From Malacoraja senta (Eukaryota): 64,000 bases of DNA. The position numbers and the translations under genes were made by a program. Shown in pieces: positions 51,231-62,777 of the stretch. Under the pieces are notes generated by a model. The model saw nothing but the letters and a program-made list of their open reading frames with translations, was not told the origin of the DNA and did no database searches. Location: contig CM075989.1 of assembly GCA_038087875.1 (NCBI GenBank), positions 23,128,001-23,192,000 of the forward strand, in the 5' to 3' direction. Positions within the stretch are counted from its first letter, which is position 1, and each line of letters opens with the position of its first letter.

Positions 51231-52096
51231 GTCCGGAATGTCCGGTAGGCGGTGCGACCCACGTCGCAGCGGCCTCTGCAGTCCGTCTGTCTTTTTTTAT
51301 TTTTTGTCTCGTTTGAGTGTAGTGTGTAGTGTATAGTGTTTTTTTTTAACTGGGTATGTGTGGGGGGTGGGTGGGGGAACTTTTAAAATCTTTTCCCTGT
51401 ATGGAGGACACGACCTTTCCCTGTCGGGTCTCCGTTGTCGTTGGGGCCTAGCACCGTGGAGCGGCCTCCAACCGGAACGACCTGGGGCTCCAGTCGCGGA
51501 GCCTGCGGACTACTCACCATCGCGGAGCTGGCCGAGTTCGGAACGTGGAGAGCTGTGGTGGCGCGCGGCTGCGACCCGACCCCGGAGATTCGGAGGCTCC
51601 AGCCGCAGGCCCGGTGGACGGTAACATCGGGAGCTCGCGGGTCCCTGGTGGGAGACCGCTTTTCGGGGCTCCCGCAACGGCAACTTTCTCCCCGCCCGAG
51701 TTGCGGGGTTGAAAATGACCTGGAGCGGGGTCTGGCATCGCCCGGTGCGGCTTTAATGGCCGCGGGACTTGCCGTCACCCGCCGGGGGCTCCAACATCAA
51801 GACCCGGAGCGCGGCCTTGCATCGCCCGCGCGGCTTTAATGGCAGCAGGACTTACTTACCATTGCCCGCCGGGGGCTTTGACTTTGACATCGGGAGGAGA
51901 ATGGGGAGTGCGGGGAGAGACAAGGACTTTGCCTTCCATCATAGTGAGGAGGAGATTCACTGTGATGGATGTTTGTGTAAATTGTGTTGGTGTGTGTCTT
52001 GGTTCTTTTCTTGTTGTATGACTGCAGAAACCAAATTTCGTTTGAACTTCATTTGAGGTCCAAATGACAATAAACGGTATTGTATTGTATTGTATT
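51231..52096 (+). mobile_element. CpG-rich non-coding SINE-like element with Rex1-like 3' tail
   Basis: Ends AAATTTCGTT...AATGACAATAAACG(GTATT)n and has an internal duplication. No convincing coding frame. A related 3' piece is at ~32550-32705. The 5' boundary is approximate. Confidence 0.6.
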
Positions 52097-54306
52097 GTAG
52101 ATTAGTGTAGTGTAGTGATACAGCATGGAAAACAGCCCCTTTAGTTCACCAAGTCCGTGCCGGCCGTTTACATTAGTACTGTGTTGTGTCATCCACTGCC
52201 TACACACGAGCAGCATTTCACAGCTGTCAATTAACCTACAAACCCGCACGTCTTGGGATGTGAGAGGTACCTAGAGAACCCACGCGGTCACAGGGAGAAC
52301 GTGCAAACTCCACACAGACAGATGTCGAGGTCAGGATTGAACCCGAGTCTCTGGGGCTGTGAGGCAGCAGCTCTACCAACCCCGTCGCCCTATTGAGTTA
52401 TTTCTTCCTCTCAAGAATCACAACTAGTGTACAAGATCACCCTGACTGTACCAGTGTTCATTATTGATTGGTATCTTTCAGTTCTAACTAATTCTGTGTC
52501 CAGGGCCAGAATCAGCACGTTTCGGTTTTACAGACGAGTGGAGTTAATGGTGCCGTCTGTATGAATATCGTGTTCTGGAGAGGAGTGAGATGAGAAACAG
52601 TATGTTTATTCAGTTGGGTGCTCCTTCATCAGTGACCGAGAAAGAAGTTTGAGTCATAGATAGAATCATAGAGCATAAAAACAGGCCCTTCGGCCCAACC
52701 TGCCCATGCTGACCAACACATGTGTAGGAAGGAATTGCAGATGCTGGTTTACACTGAAGATAGACACAAAATGCTGGAGTAACTCAGCGAGACAAGCAGC
52801 ATCTCTGGAGAGAAGGAATGGGTTTCGGATCGAAACCCTTCGTCAGACTGCCCCATCTACACTAGTCCCACCTGCCTGCGTTTGGCTCGTATCCCTCTAA
52901 ACCCGTCCTATCCCTGATGTACCTGTCAAAATGTTTCTTAAACGTTGCGATAGTACATGCGTCAACTACCTCCACTGGCAGCTCGCTCCATACACTCACC
53001 ACCCCCTTGTGGAAGAAAGAAGTTGTTCTCCTTTGTTAGCTTATAAGAAATAATTCCTCAACCTATAACCTCTGATTCAATAGAATGAGGTCACCCAAGA
53101 GAATAGGCGAGCTCCACTTGAATCTCTGGAGACTGACACTTGAAAAACTGCTATTTATTGCCCTGTTGGGAATGGAAGTTTCAGTAGTTATGCAAGTACT
53201 TGGCAGAAGTGTACTGAAGTGTTGCGTACACCCTGAAGGCGATTTACCACAAGATTTATGAGGCTGATTACAAAAGCTACCTTTATGTTGATCTTTGACT
53301 TCAACCTTCGTGAGGGAGAATGAACAGAGAGCCAAGAGCAGGCATTAACTCTGACATTAGGTGAGCTGGCACATTTCTGATTGTAGAAGGATGAGAGGGA
53401 TTCTTATTGAAACATATAAAATTATTAAGGGTTTGGACACGCTAGAGGCAGGAAACATGTTCCCGATGTTGGGGGAGTCCAGAAACAGGAGCCACAGTTT
53501 AAGAATAAGGGGTAAGCCATTTAGAATGGAGATGAGGAAGTACTTTTTCACACTGAAAGTTGTGAGTCTGTGGAATTCTCTGCCTCAGAGGGCGGTGGAG
53601 GCCGATTCGCTGGATGCTTTCTAGAGAGAGCTAGATAGGGCTCTTAAAGATAGCGGAGTAAAGGGATATGGAGAGAAGGCAGGAACGGGGTACTGATTGT
53701 GGATGATCAGCCATGATCACATGAAGGGCGGTGCTGCTCGAGGGGCCGAATGGCCTACTCCTGCATCTATTGTCTATAACGTGATGGAGTGCAAGGATTA
53801 GGAGGTTGGTCATGCATTGGGCATTGGACCTGGTTTCCTGATTCAGTCAGTCTATGGAAAGGGTTTATTATAGGGTAAACACAAAAAGCTGGAGTAACTC
53901 AGCGGGACGGGCAGCATCTTTGGAGAGAAGGAACGGGTGACGTTTTGGGTCGAGACCCTTCTTCACACTGAGAGTCAGGGGAGAGGGAAACTTGAGGTAT
54001 GAAAAGGTACAAAGGACAAAGATGTGAAAAGAACAAACTTAAGCCAGCAATGATAATCAATGAAAGGTGGAGCCCATTGTTGGCTGTGGAAAAGGTGATA
54101 ATGAGTGGATACAAACAGTGAAACCCAGCAGGACGGTAGTGAAACTACTAGGACAACCAGGGTGGGGGAGGGAGGGTGTTCATTGTTGACTGCTGACTAA
54201 TAATCCTGACATACTCCAGTCATACTTTAGTTTATTGTCACGTGTACCGAGGTACAGTGAATAGCTTTTCATTGCGTGCTAACCAGTCAGCGGAAAGACT
54301 ATACAT

Positions 54307-54540
54307 CAAGGGTTCCCAACCGAGGATAAATCTATCCCCAGGGGGTAAACTTCGCCTACCCAGAGGGTAAATTTGTTGATTGTGGATTTGTACATATTTG
54401 TTCTCATTGACTGACTGTGTTTGGTTCTGGTATACTGGTATCTGGTCATCATTAGTTGTTCATAAAGAAATGAAATAACATTGTTATGTGCTATTAAAGT
54501 TGCCAGGGGTAAACGGGACGAAAAAGGTTGGGAACCCCTG
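54307..54540. mobile_element. hAT (Charlie-like) MITE
   Basis: TIR CAAGGGTTCCCAACC / GGTTGGGAACCCCTG with a degenerate 8-bp TSD ctatacat / gtgtacat. Confidence 0.8.
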
Positions 54541-57386
54541 GTGTACATGGTTACAATGAAGCTGGTCATAATCATTGAGACATAGCATCATAAGCACAGT
54601 ATGGGCGGCACAATGGCACAGCGGTAGAGTTGCTGCCTTCCAGTGCCAGAGACCCGGGTTCGATCCTCACTGTGGGTGCTGCCTGTACGGAGTTTGCACA
54701 TTTCACCAGGTTTCTCCGGATGCCCCGGTTTCCTCCCAAATTCCAAAGACGTGCAGGTTTTTAAGATTAATTGGCTTTTGTAAATCATCCCTAGTGAGTC
54801 AGATAAGAACTGGTGTACAGGTGTTTAAGAAAGAACTGCAGATGCTGGAAAAATCGAAGGGAGACAAAAATGCTGGAGGAACTCAGTGGGTGAGGCGGCA
54901 TCTATGGAGAGAAGGAATAGGCAACGTTTCGGGTTGAGACCATTCGGTCTCGACCCGAAACGTCGCCTATTCCTTCTCTCCATAGATGCTGCCTCACCCT
55001 GCTGAGTTCCTCCAGCACTTTTGTCTACTAGTGCACAGGTCATCGCTGGTTGGCCTGGAGACGGTGGGCTGAAGGGCATGTTTCCACGCTGCATCTCTAC
55101 AAACTAAAAAAAAGAAACAGGCCTTCGGCCCATTGAGTCTGTACCAGGCATGAGCCATCTGCCTACACCAATCTGAGACAAATCTACGTTACATTTATAT
55201 AAATTTGGTTACGCATAATTACTCTTGTTCCCAAACCCTCTTGTAAAACATGGTCTACCTCCCACTTGTCTTTGTAATTCCTTGCAGTGAAGTTTCAGTG
55301 ATTCATACACAGAGATAGCCACATCCCTCTGAACGTCAATACTTCTCAGTGTCTCAGCATTTAGAGGTCGTTGCCTTTCTCACTAAGTCTACCACACTGG
55401 GTGATCTCACACATTTGCACATCATACGACGACTGTAATGTCCACACCTATTCATTTAGCCTATCTATCTTGCCCGGAGCTTCACTGCATCCTCCACCAA
55501 TCCCACACTGACGCACATCACCACCACTTTGTCTCTCTTCATGTCATAGTCATTTCTTCATTAGTGCGGGTGTCAGAGGTTATGGGGAGAAGGCAGGAGA
55601 TGGGGTTAGGAGGGAAAGATAGATCAGCCACGATTGAAGGGAAGGTTGACTTGATGGGCCGAATGGCCTAATGCTACTCCTATTCCTTAAGGCCTTATAG
55701 GAGCAGAATCTAGGCCAATCAGCCCATCGAATCTACTCTGCCATTCAATCGCAGCTGATATTTCTTTCCCTCTCAACCCCATTCTCCTGCCGTCTCCCCA
55801 TAACCTTTGACACCCTTGCTCATTAAAAATCTGTCAATCTCAGTTTTAAAAACACCCACTGACTTGGCCTCCACAGCCGTCTGTGGCAATGAATTCCACA
55901 GATTCACCACCCTCTGACTAAAGAAATTCCTGCACATCTCCTTCTTAAAGGTAAATCCTTTTATTCTGAGGTTGTGCCCTCTGGTCCTAGACTCTCCTAA
56001 ATCATTACATTAATTGGATACCTCTGGGATCCCACTAGTCACTGGGAATATCAAGCACTGATTTACACTCGTCCACAATCAATCCCATTTTAGTTTTAGT
56101 TTAAGGTACACAAAAATGTTGGAGAAACTCAGCGGGTGCAGCAGCATCTATGGAGCGAAGGAAATAGGCAACGTTTCGGGCCGAGACTCTTCTTCAGACT
56201 GGTTTTAGCTTCTAGTTTTAGATCAGTTTAGTTTAGAGATACAGCGTGGAAACAGTTCTGTTCTACACACGGGACAATTTGCAGAAGCCAATTAATCTAC
56301 AAACCTAAACGCCTTTCAGATGTGGGAGGAAACCGGATCACCCGGTGAAAACCCACGTGGTCACGGGGAGAACGTACATATTCTCTACAGACAGCACGCC
56401 TGGTCAGGATCGAACCTGGTTCTCTGACACTGTGAGGCAGATACTCTACCGCTGTGCCACTGTGCCGCCCCTTTATTCCCTGACATTTCACAAAACCAAC
56501 CTTTCACAGTGTTGGGATGAAGGAAAAAACCAGAGCACCTGGAGGAATCCCGCACAGTCGCTGAGTGAACATGCAAACTCCACAAAGGCAGGACTGGTAG
56601 TCAGGATTGAATGTAGGTCGTCGGAGGTATATTAGGTCTACCACCGACGGTTGGCACGGTGGCGCAGCTGTAGAGTTGCACGGAGTTTGTATGTTCTCCC
56701 TGTGACCGTGTGGGTTTTCTCCGGGAGCTCTGGTTTCCTCCCACACTCAAAGATGTACAGGTATGTAGGCTAAGTGGCTTCTGTAAGTGGTCCTAGTGTG
56801 TAGGATAGAACGAGTGTGTGTATGGTCACTGGTCAGCATGGACTCGGTGAGCCGAAGGGTCTGTTTCCACCCTGTATCTCTAAACTACAACTAAACTCAA
56901 TTAAACACCGAGCCACTTTGCCAGCCTTTAGATTTTAATTCAAAGATTCAACGATGAATCAATGATACTTTACATGCAACTAGGTACAGTAAGACTCTTT
57001 ATTTTTGCATACAATCATACAGCAGACTTCGCCTGGACAGTACAAAAGGAGTCGCCATGTTTCTGGCGCCCACCAAATTAAAAAAAAATCTTAGTACAGT
57101 CTTATCTTCCCATAATGATGAACCAGGGATGTTGTTACACGTGGCTGCAGGACATCCCGCACAGGGTCCCTCTACATTCTCGACGTCCCCTCACTGGGTC
57201 CCTCTAGTTTAGTTTATTGTCACATGTACAGTGAAAACCTTTACAATGAAAGGGGACCCACTTGGCTCGGTGGCCCCTCACCCGATCCCACTTCATTCTC
57301 GGCCCCCCCCCCCACCCCCATCAGGTCCCTCTGCATTCTCAGCAGCCCCTCTTTGTCTCAGCGAAAACCCTGATTTCACAATAAAT

Positions 57387-57580
57387 CTTCTTCTTTCGTG
57401 TACATCTTCCATGTTCAAACGTTGACCTCGCTGTCATCGTCCGTCCTGAAAAGGACGCAAGCTTCCGGCGACAATCAGTGGGAGCCATCACTTGTTGCAA
57501 TAGATGATGGTGGTAGCAGAATTAGCTCAGGATACTTCCAGTTTCCAGCCCCTCCACGTGGACACTTCTGCTGTGGGGCC
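57387..57580 (-). mobile_element. Short non-autonomous retroelement with 5' HDV-like ribozyme, copy 2
   Basis: Homologous to 4349-4562 over its full length. TSD cacaataaat (57377-57386) / cacattaaat (57581-57590). GAA-repeat 3' end. Confidence 0.85.
57514..57580 (-). ncRNA. HDV/CPEB3-like ribozyme motif with disrupted P3 (probably inactive)
   Basis: Reads GGCCCC A CAGCAGAA GUG UCCACGU GGA GGGGCU GG...CUAA UUCUGCUA. P1, P2 and J4/2 are retained, but GUG/GGA cannot form P3. Confidence 0.65.
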
Positions 57581-59085
57581 CACATTAAATTAAATCATTT
57601 CAATTCCTTTATGTAAAATCCTGTAATTAGCACTGTTTCTTAAAGGCCCTGGGGCTACCACAATGTTAATTATCCCTTTCTCATTGCAGAACATATTTGA
57701 TCTAAAACTGAACTAAAACAGTTCAGGTATCCTAGTTAACATTTGTCATGTCAAACTAATTTGCAATATTACTGCAATATTACACCTCACAGTTCAAACG
57801 TATCACCCATTAAGAGTAAGACCAAGGGTATGGATCGGCAACCTATAGTTTGCTGATTTCTGAGAATTTATTGACTATCCCTCGATACTGGTTTCGATAC
57901 TGTCGGGCTTCTGGTTAGAAGTTTGAGAGCTGTGAAGAATCAGGTATCAGTCACATCAGATTAGAACGTACCTATTCCCCAAGACACAGAAGGACACAAA
58001 GTGCTGAAGTAACACAACAGGTCAGGCAGCATCTCTATCCAACATAGATTGGTGACGTTTCAGGTCGAGACCCTTCTTCAGATTGATTCTTCTGGGGGAG
58101 ACGAAAGCTGGAAGAGAGGCGGACTGTTCATTTATAGAGTCATATAATGACACAGTGTGGAAACAGGCCCTTCGGCCCAACTTGCCCACACCGGCCAACA
58201 GGTCGAGCTACACTAGTCCCACCTGCCTGCGCTTGGTCCATATCCCTCAAAACCTGTCCTATCTATGTACCAGTCTGACTGTTTCTTAAACATTGGGATA
58301 GTCCCAGCCTCAACTACCTCCACTGGGAGCTTGTTCCATACACCCACCACCCTTTATCTATAATGGTGGAACTGCAGGTAGTACTGCTGCCAGGTTCAAT
58401 ACTGACCTCGGATGCTGTCTGTGTGGAGTTTGCACGTTCGTCCTCTGACTGCGTAGGTTTCCTCCAAATGCTCCGGGTATAATTATTTAGTGCAAGATAA
58501 AGTCCAATTGAAACTAAGATAATAAATCTCTTTTGGAAATATGCGTTTGCAGTGTTGTACAATTAGCCAGTGAATGACAGAGGGCAGCATTGTTCCTGAC
58601 AATGACAATCCTTCAGAGATTCCTGCTTAGATTAATTATCATAATAACTTAAATATCTCTTGAGAACACACCCATGTCACCCGTGACGCCTGTGTGGTGG
58701 TGAGTAGTCGCCCAGAGTCGTACCTTTTTCTGGTCGTCGCTGGATTTTCAACATGTTGAAAATTTTCGGAGACCTGCTGCAACTATGATGGGTGCCGGCA
58801 AGTCACCGAAAATATCGCGTAAGTGGGACAGGCCCTTTAGTGCAACCAATGACAGTCCATAATTCATGACTGAGGTTAGTGTTGTGTAGTGTTCAAGAGC
58901 CTGATGGTTTTGGAAGAAGCTATTCTTCGACCAAGTGGTCATAGTTTTCAGGCTCGTATAGCTTCTGTGGACAGCACAAACATTGTGGGCCAAACACAGA
59001 AACATAGAAAATAGGTGCAGGAGTAGGCCATTCGGCCCTTCGAGCCTGCACCGCCATTCAATATGATCATGGCTGATCATCCAAC

Positions 59086-62000
59086 TCAGTATCCTGTACC
59101 TGCCTTCTCTCCATACCCCCTGATCCCTTTAGCCACAAGGGCCACATCTAACTCCCTCTTAAATATAGCCAATAAACTGGCCTCAACTACCTTCTGTGCA
59201 GAGAGTTCCAGAGATTCACCACTCTGTGTGAAAAAAGTTTTTCTCATCTCGGTCCTAAAGGATTTCCCCTCTATCCTTAAGCTGTGACCCCTTGTCCTGG
59301 ACTTCCCCAACATTGGGAACAATCTTCCTGCATCTAACCTGTCCAACCCCTTGAGAATTTTGTAAGTTTCTATAAGATCCCCCCTCAATCTCCTAAATTC
59401 TAGCGAGTACAAGCCGAGTCTATCCAGTCTTTCTTCATATGAAAGTCCTGACATCCCAGGAATCAGTCTGGTGAACCTTGTCTGCACTCCCTCTATGACA
59501 ATAATGTCTTTCCTCAGATTTGGAGACCAAAACTGTATGCAATACTCCAGTTGTGGTCTCACCAAGACCCTGTACAACTGCAGTAGAACCTCTCTGCTCC
59601 TATACTCAAATCCTTTTGCTATGAATGCCAACATACCATTCGCTTTGTTCACTGCCTGGTGCACCTGCATGCCTACTTTCAATGACTGGTGTACCATGAC
59701 ACCCAGGTCTCGTTGCATCTCCCCTTTTCCTAATTGGCCACCATTTAGATAATAGTCTGCTTTCCTGTTTTTGCCACCAAAGTGGATAACCTCACATTTA
59801 TCCACATTATACTGCATCTGCCATGCATTTGCCCACTCACCCAGCCTATCCAAGTCACCTTGCAGCCTCCTAGCATCCTCCTCACAGCTAACACTGCCCC
59901 CCAGCTTAGTGTCATCCGCAAACTTGGAGATGTTGCAATCAATTCCCTCGTCCAAATCATTAATATATATTGTAAATAGCTGGGGTCCCAGCACTGAGCC
60001 TTGCGGTACCCCACTAGTCACTGCCTGCCATTCTGAAAAGGACCCGTTTACTCCTACTCTTTGCTTCCTGTTTGCCAGCCAGTTCTCTATCCACATCAAT
60101 ACTGAATCCCCAATACCGTGTGCTTTAAGTTTGTATACTAATCTCTTATGTGGGACCTTGTCGAAAGCCTTCTGAAAGTCCAGATATAACACATCCACTG
60201 GTTCTCCCCTATCCACTCTACTAGTTACATCCTCGAAAAATTCTATAAGATTCGTCAGACATGATTTACCTTTCGTAAATCCATGCTGACTTTGTCCAAT
60301 GATTTCACCACTTTTCAAATGTGCTGCTATCCCATCTTTAATAACTGATTCTAGCAGTTTCCCCACTACCGATGTTAGACTAACTGGTCTGTAATTCTCC
60401 ATTTTCTCTCTCCCTCCCTTTTTAAAAAGTGGGGTTACATTAGCTACCCTCCAATCCTCAGGAACTACTCCAGAATCTAAAGAGTTTTGAAAAATTATCA
60501 CTAATGCATCCACTATTTCTGGAGCTACTTCCTTAAGAATACTCTGGGATGCAGCCTATCTGGCCCTGGGGATTTATCGGCCTTTAATCCATTCAATTTA
60601 CCTAACACCACTTCCCGGCTCACCTGGATTTCACTCAGTTCCTCCATCTCCTTTGACCCGCGGTCCCCTGCTATTTCCGGCAGATTATTTATGTCTTCCT
60701 TAGTGAAGACGGAACCAAAGTACGTATTCAATTGGTCCACCATATCCTTGTTCCCCATGATCAATTCACCTGTTTCTGACAGCAAGGGACCTACATTTGT
60801 TTTAACTAATCTCTTTCTCTTCACATATCTATAAAAACTTTTGCAGTCAGTTTTAATGTTCCCTGCCAGTTTTCTTTCATAATCTATTTTCCCTTTCCTA
60901 ATTAAGCCCTTTGTCCTCCTCTGCTGGACTCTGAATTTCTCCCATTCCTCTGGTCGGCTGCTTTTCCTGGCTAATTTGTACGCTTCATCTTTTGCTTTGA
61001 TGCTATCTCTGATTTCCCTTGTTATCCACGGATGCACTACCTTCCCTGATTTATTCTTTTGCCAAACTGGGATGAACAATTTTTGTAGTTCATCCATGCA
61101 GTCTTTAAATGCCTTCCATTGCATATCCACCGTCAACCCTTTAAGAATTAATCGCCAGTCAATCTTGGCCAATTCACGTCTCATACCCTCAAAGTTACCT
61201 TTCTTTAAGTTCAGAACCATTGTTCTGAATTAACCATGTCACTCTCCATCCTAATGAAGAACTCAACCATATTATGGTCACTCTTGCCCAAGGGGCACGC
61301 ACAACAAGACTGCTAACTAACCCTTCCTCATTACTCAATAACCAGTCTAGAATAGCCTGTTCTCTCGTTGGTTCCTCTACATGTTGGTTTAGAAAACTAT
61401 CCCGCATACATTCCAAGAAATCCTCTTCCTCAGCTCCCCTGCCAATTTGATTCACCCAATCTATATGTAATAATAATAATAATAATGGATTGGATTTATA
61501 TAGCGCCTTTCTAATACCCAAGGCGCTTTACATCGCATTATTCATTCACTCCTCAGTCACACTCGGTGGTGGTGAGCTACTTCTGTAGCCACAGCTGCCC
61601 TGGGGCAGACTGACGGAAGCGTGGCTGCTAATCTGCGCCTACGGCCCCTCCGACCACCACCAATCACTCACACACATTCACACACATTCACACGCAGGCA
61701 AAGGTGGGTGAAGTGTCTTGCCCAAGGATACAACGACAGTATGCACTCCAAGCGGGATTCGAACCGGCTACCTTCCGGTTGCCAGCCGAACACTTAGCCC
61801 ATTGCGCCATCTGTCATCCCAGTAATGTAGATTGAAGTCACCCATTATAACTGTTTTACCTTTGTTGCACGCATTTCTAATTTCCTGTTTGATGCCATCC
61901 CCAACTTCACTACTGCTGTTAGGTGGCCTGTACACAACACCCACTAGCGTTTTCTGCCCCTTAGTGTTTCGCAGCTCTACCCATACCGATTCCACATCCT

Positions 62001-62538
62001 CCAAGCTAATGTCCTTCCTTTCCAATGCGTTAATCTCCTCTCTAACCAGCAACGCTACCCCACCTCTATCCCTCCTGAATATTGAATATCCCTGGATGTT
62101 CAGCTCCCAGCCTTGGTCTCCCTGGAGCCATGTCTCCGTGATCCCAACTATATCATAATCATTAATAGCTATCTGCACATTCAACTCACCCACCTTATTA
62201 CGAATGCTCCTTGCATTGAGACACAAAGCCTTCAGGCTTGTTTTTACAACGCTCTTACCCCTTTTACAATTATGTTGAAAAGTGGCCCTTTTTGATTTTT
62301 GCCCTGGATTTGTCTGCCTGCCACTTTTACTTTTCACCTTGCTACCTATTGCTTCCTCCCCCATTTTACGCCCCTCTGTTTCTCTGCTCACACATTTAAG
62401 AACCCCACCACCTCTTATTCTCTGTTTATTATTGTTTTCTTCTTTCCCCCCTACATGTTGGGTCTGAGTGCTTCCCTTCTCTGCCTCCTGCCTCACACAC
62501 TGTCTACTAGCTTTCTCTATTTGAGTCCCTCCCCCCAA
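59086..62538 (-). pseudogene. CR1 ORF2 (endonuclease + reverse transcriptase), broken into four pieces
   Basis: ORF track pieces 61768-62538, 61195-61521, 60525-61220 and 59086-60513 are consecutive parts of one CR1 ORF2. Confidence 0.92.
61470..61824 (-). mobile_element. tRNA-derived SINE with L2-type 3' tail, inserted in the CR1 endonuclease domain
   Basis: The - strand has an A box (TGGCGCAATGG), a B box (GGTTCGAATCC), TCCTTGGGCAAGACACTT and a tail GTAAAGCGCCTTGGG...AAAGGCGCTATATAAA...(ATT)n. TSD atgta at 61465-61469 and 61825-61829. It splits GDFNLH|IDW. Confidence 0.9.
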
Positions 62539-62543
62539 CCGTT

Positions 62544-62777
62544 CTAGTTTAAAGTCTCCTCAGTAGCCTTTGCAAATCTCCCCGCAAGGATATTGGTCCC
62601 CCTCGGGTTCAAGTGAAACCCGTCCTTTTTGTACAGGTCGCACCTTCCACAAAAGAGGTCCCACTGATCCAGAAACTTGAATCCCTGCCTTCTGCACCAG
62701 TCCTTCAGCCACGCATTTATCCTCCACCTCGCTCCATTCCTACTCTCACTGTCGCGTGGTACAGGCAGTAATCCCAA
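62544..62777 (-). pseudogene. CR1 ORF1 C-terminus, SGNH/esterase-like domain
   Basis: GLLPVPR...INAWLKDWCRRQGFKFLDQW...YKKDGFHLNPRG carries the DGxHL motif of CR1 ORF1 esterase domains. Confidence 0.85.

Noticed and set aside
51243..51290. Third HDV-like ribozyme (CACGTCGCAGC resembles CPEB3)
   Set aside because: No P1 partner, P1.1 GG or J4/2 could be placed. A simple hairpin junction explains it.
51358..51839. Overlapping ORFs / CpG-island promoter of a gene
   Set aside because: The ORFs reflect high GC within a retroelement-like repeat and show no recognisable domains or splice structure.
59086..60513. 475-aa ORF as a host or domesticated gene
   Set aside because: It is the RT portion of a frameshifted CR1 ORF2, with a scrambled C-terminal stretch and TE-type flanks.
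61730..61820. tRNA gene (also HE1 heads throughout)
   Set aside because: The A/B boxes belong to SINE heads continuing into SINE bodies, with no acceptor stem or terminator.
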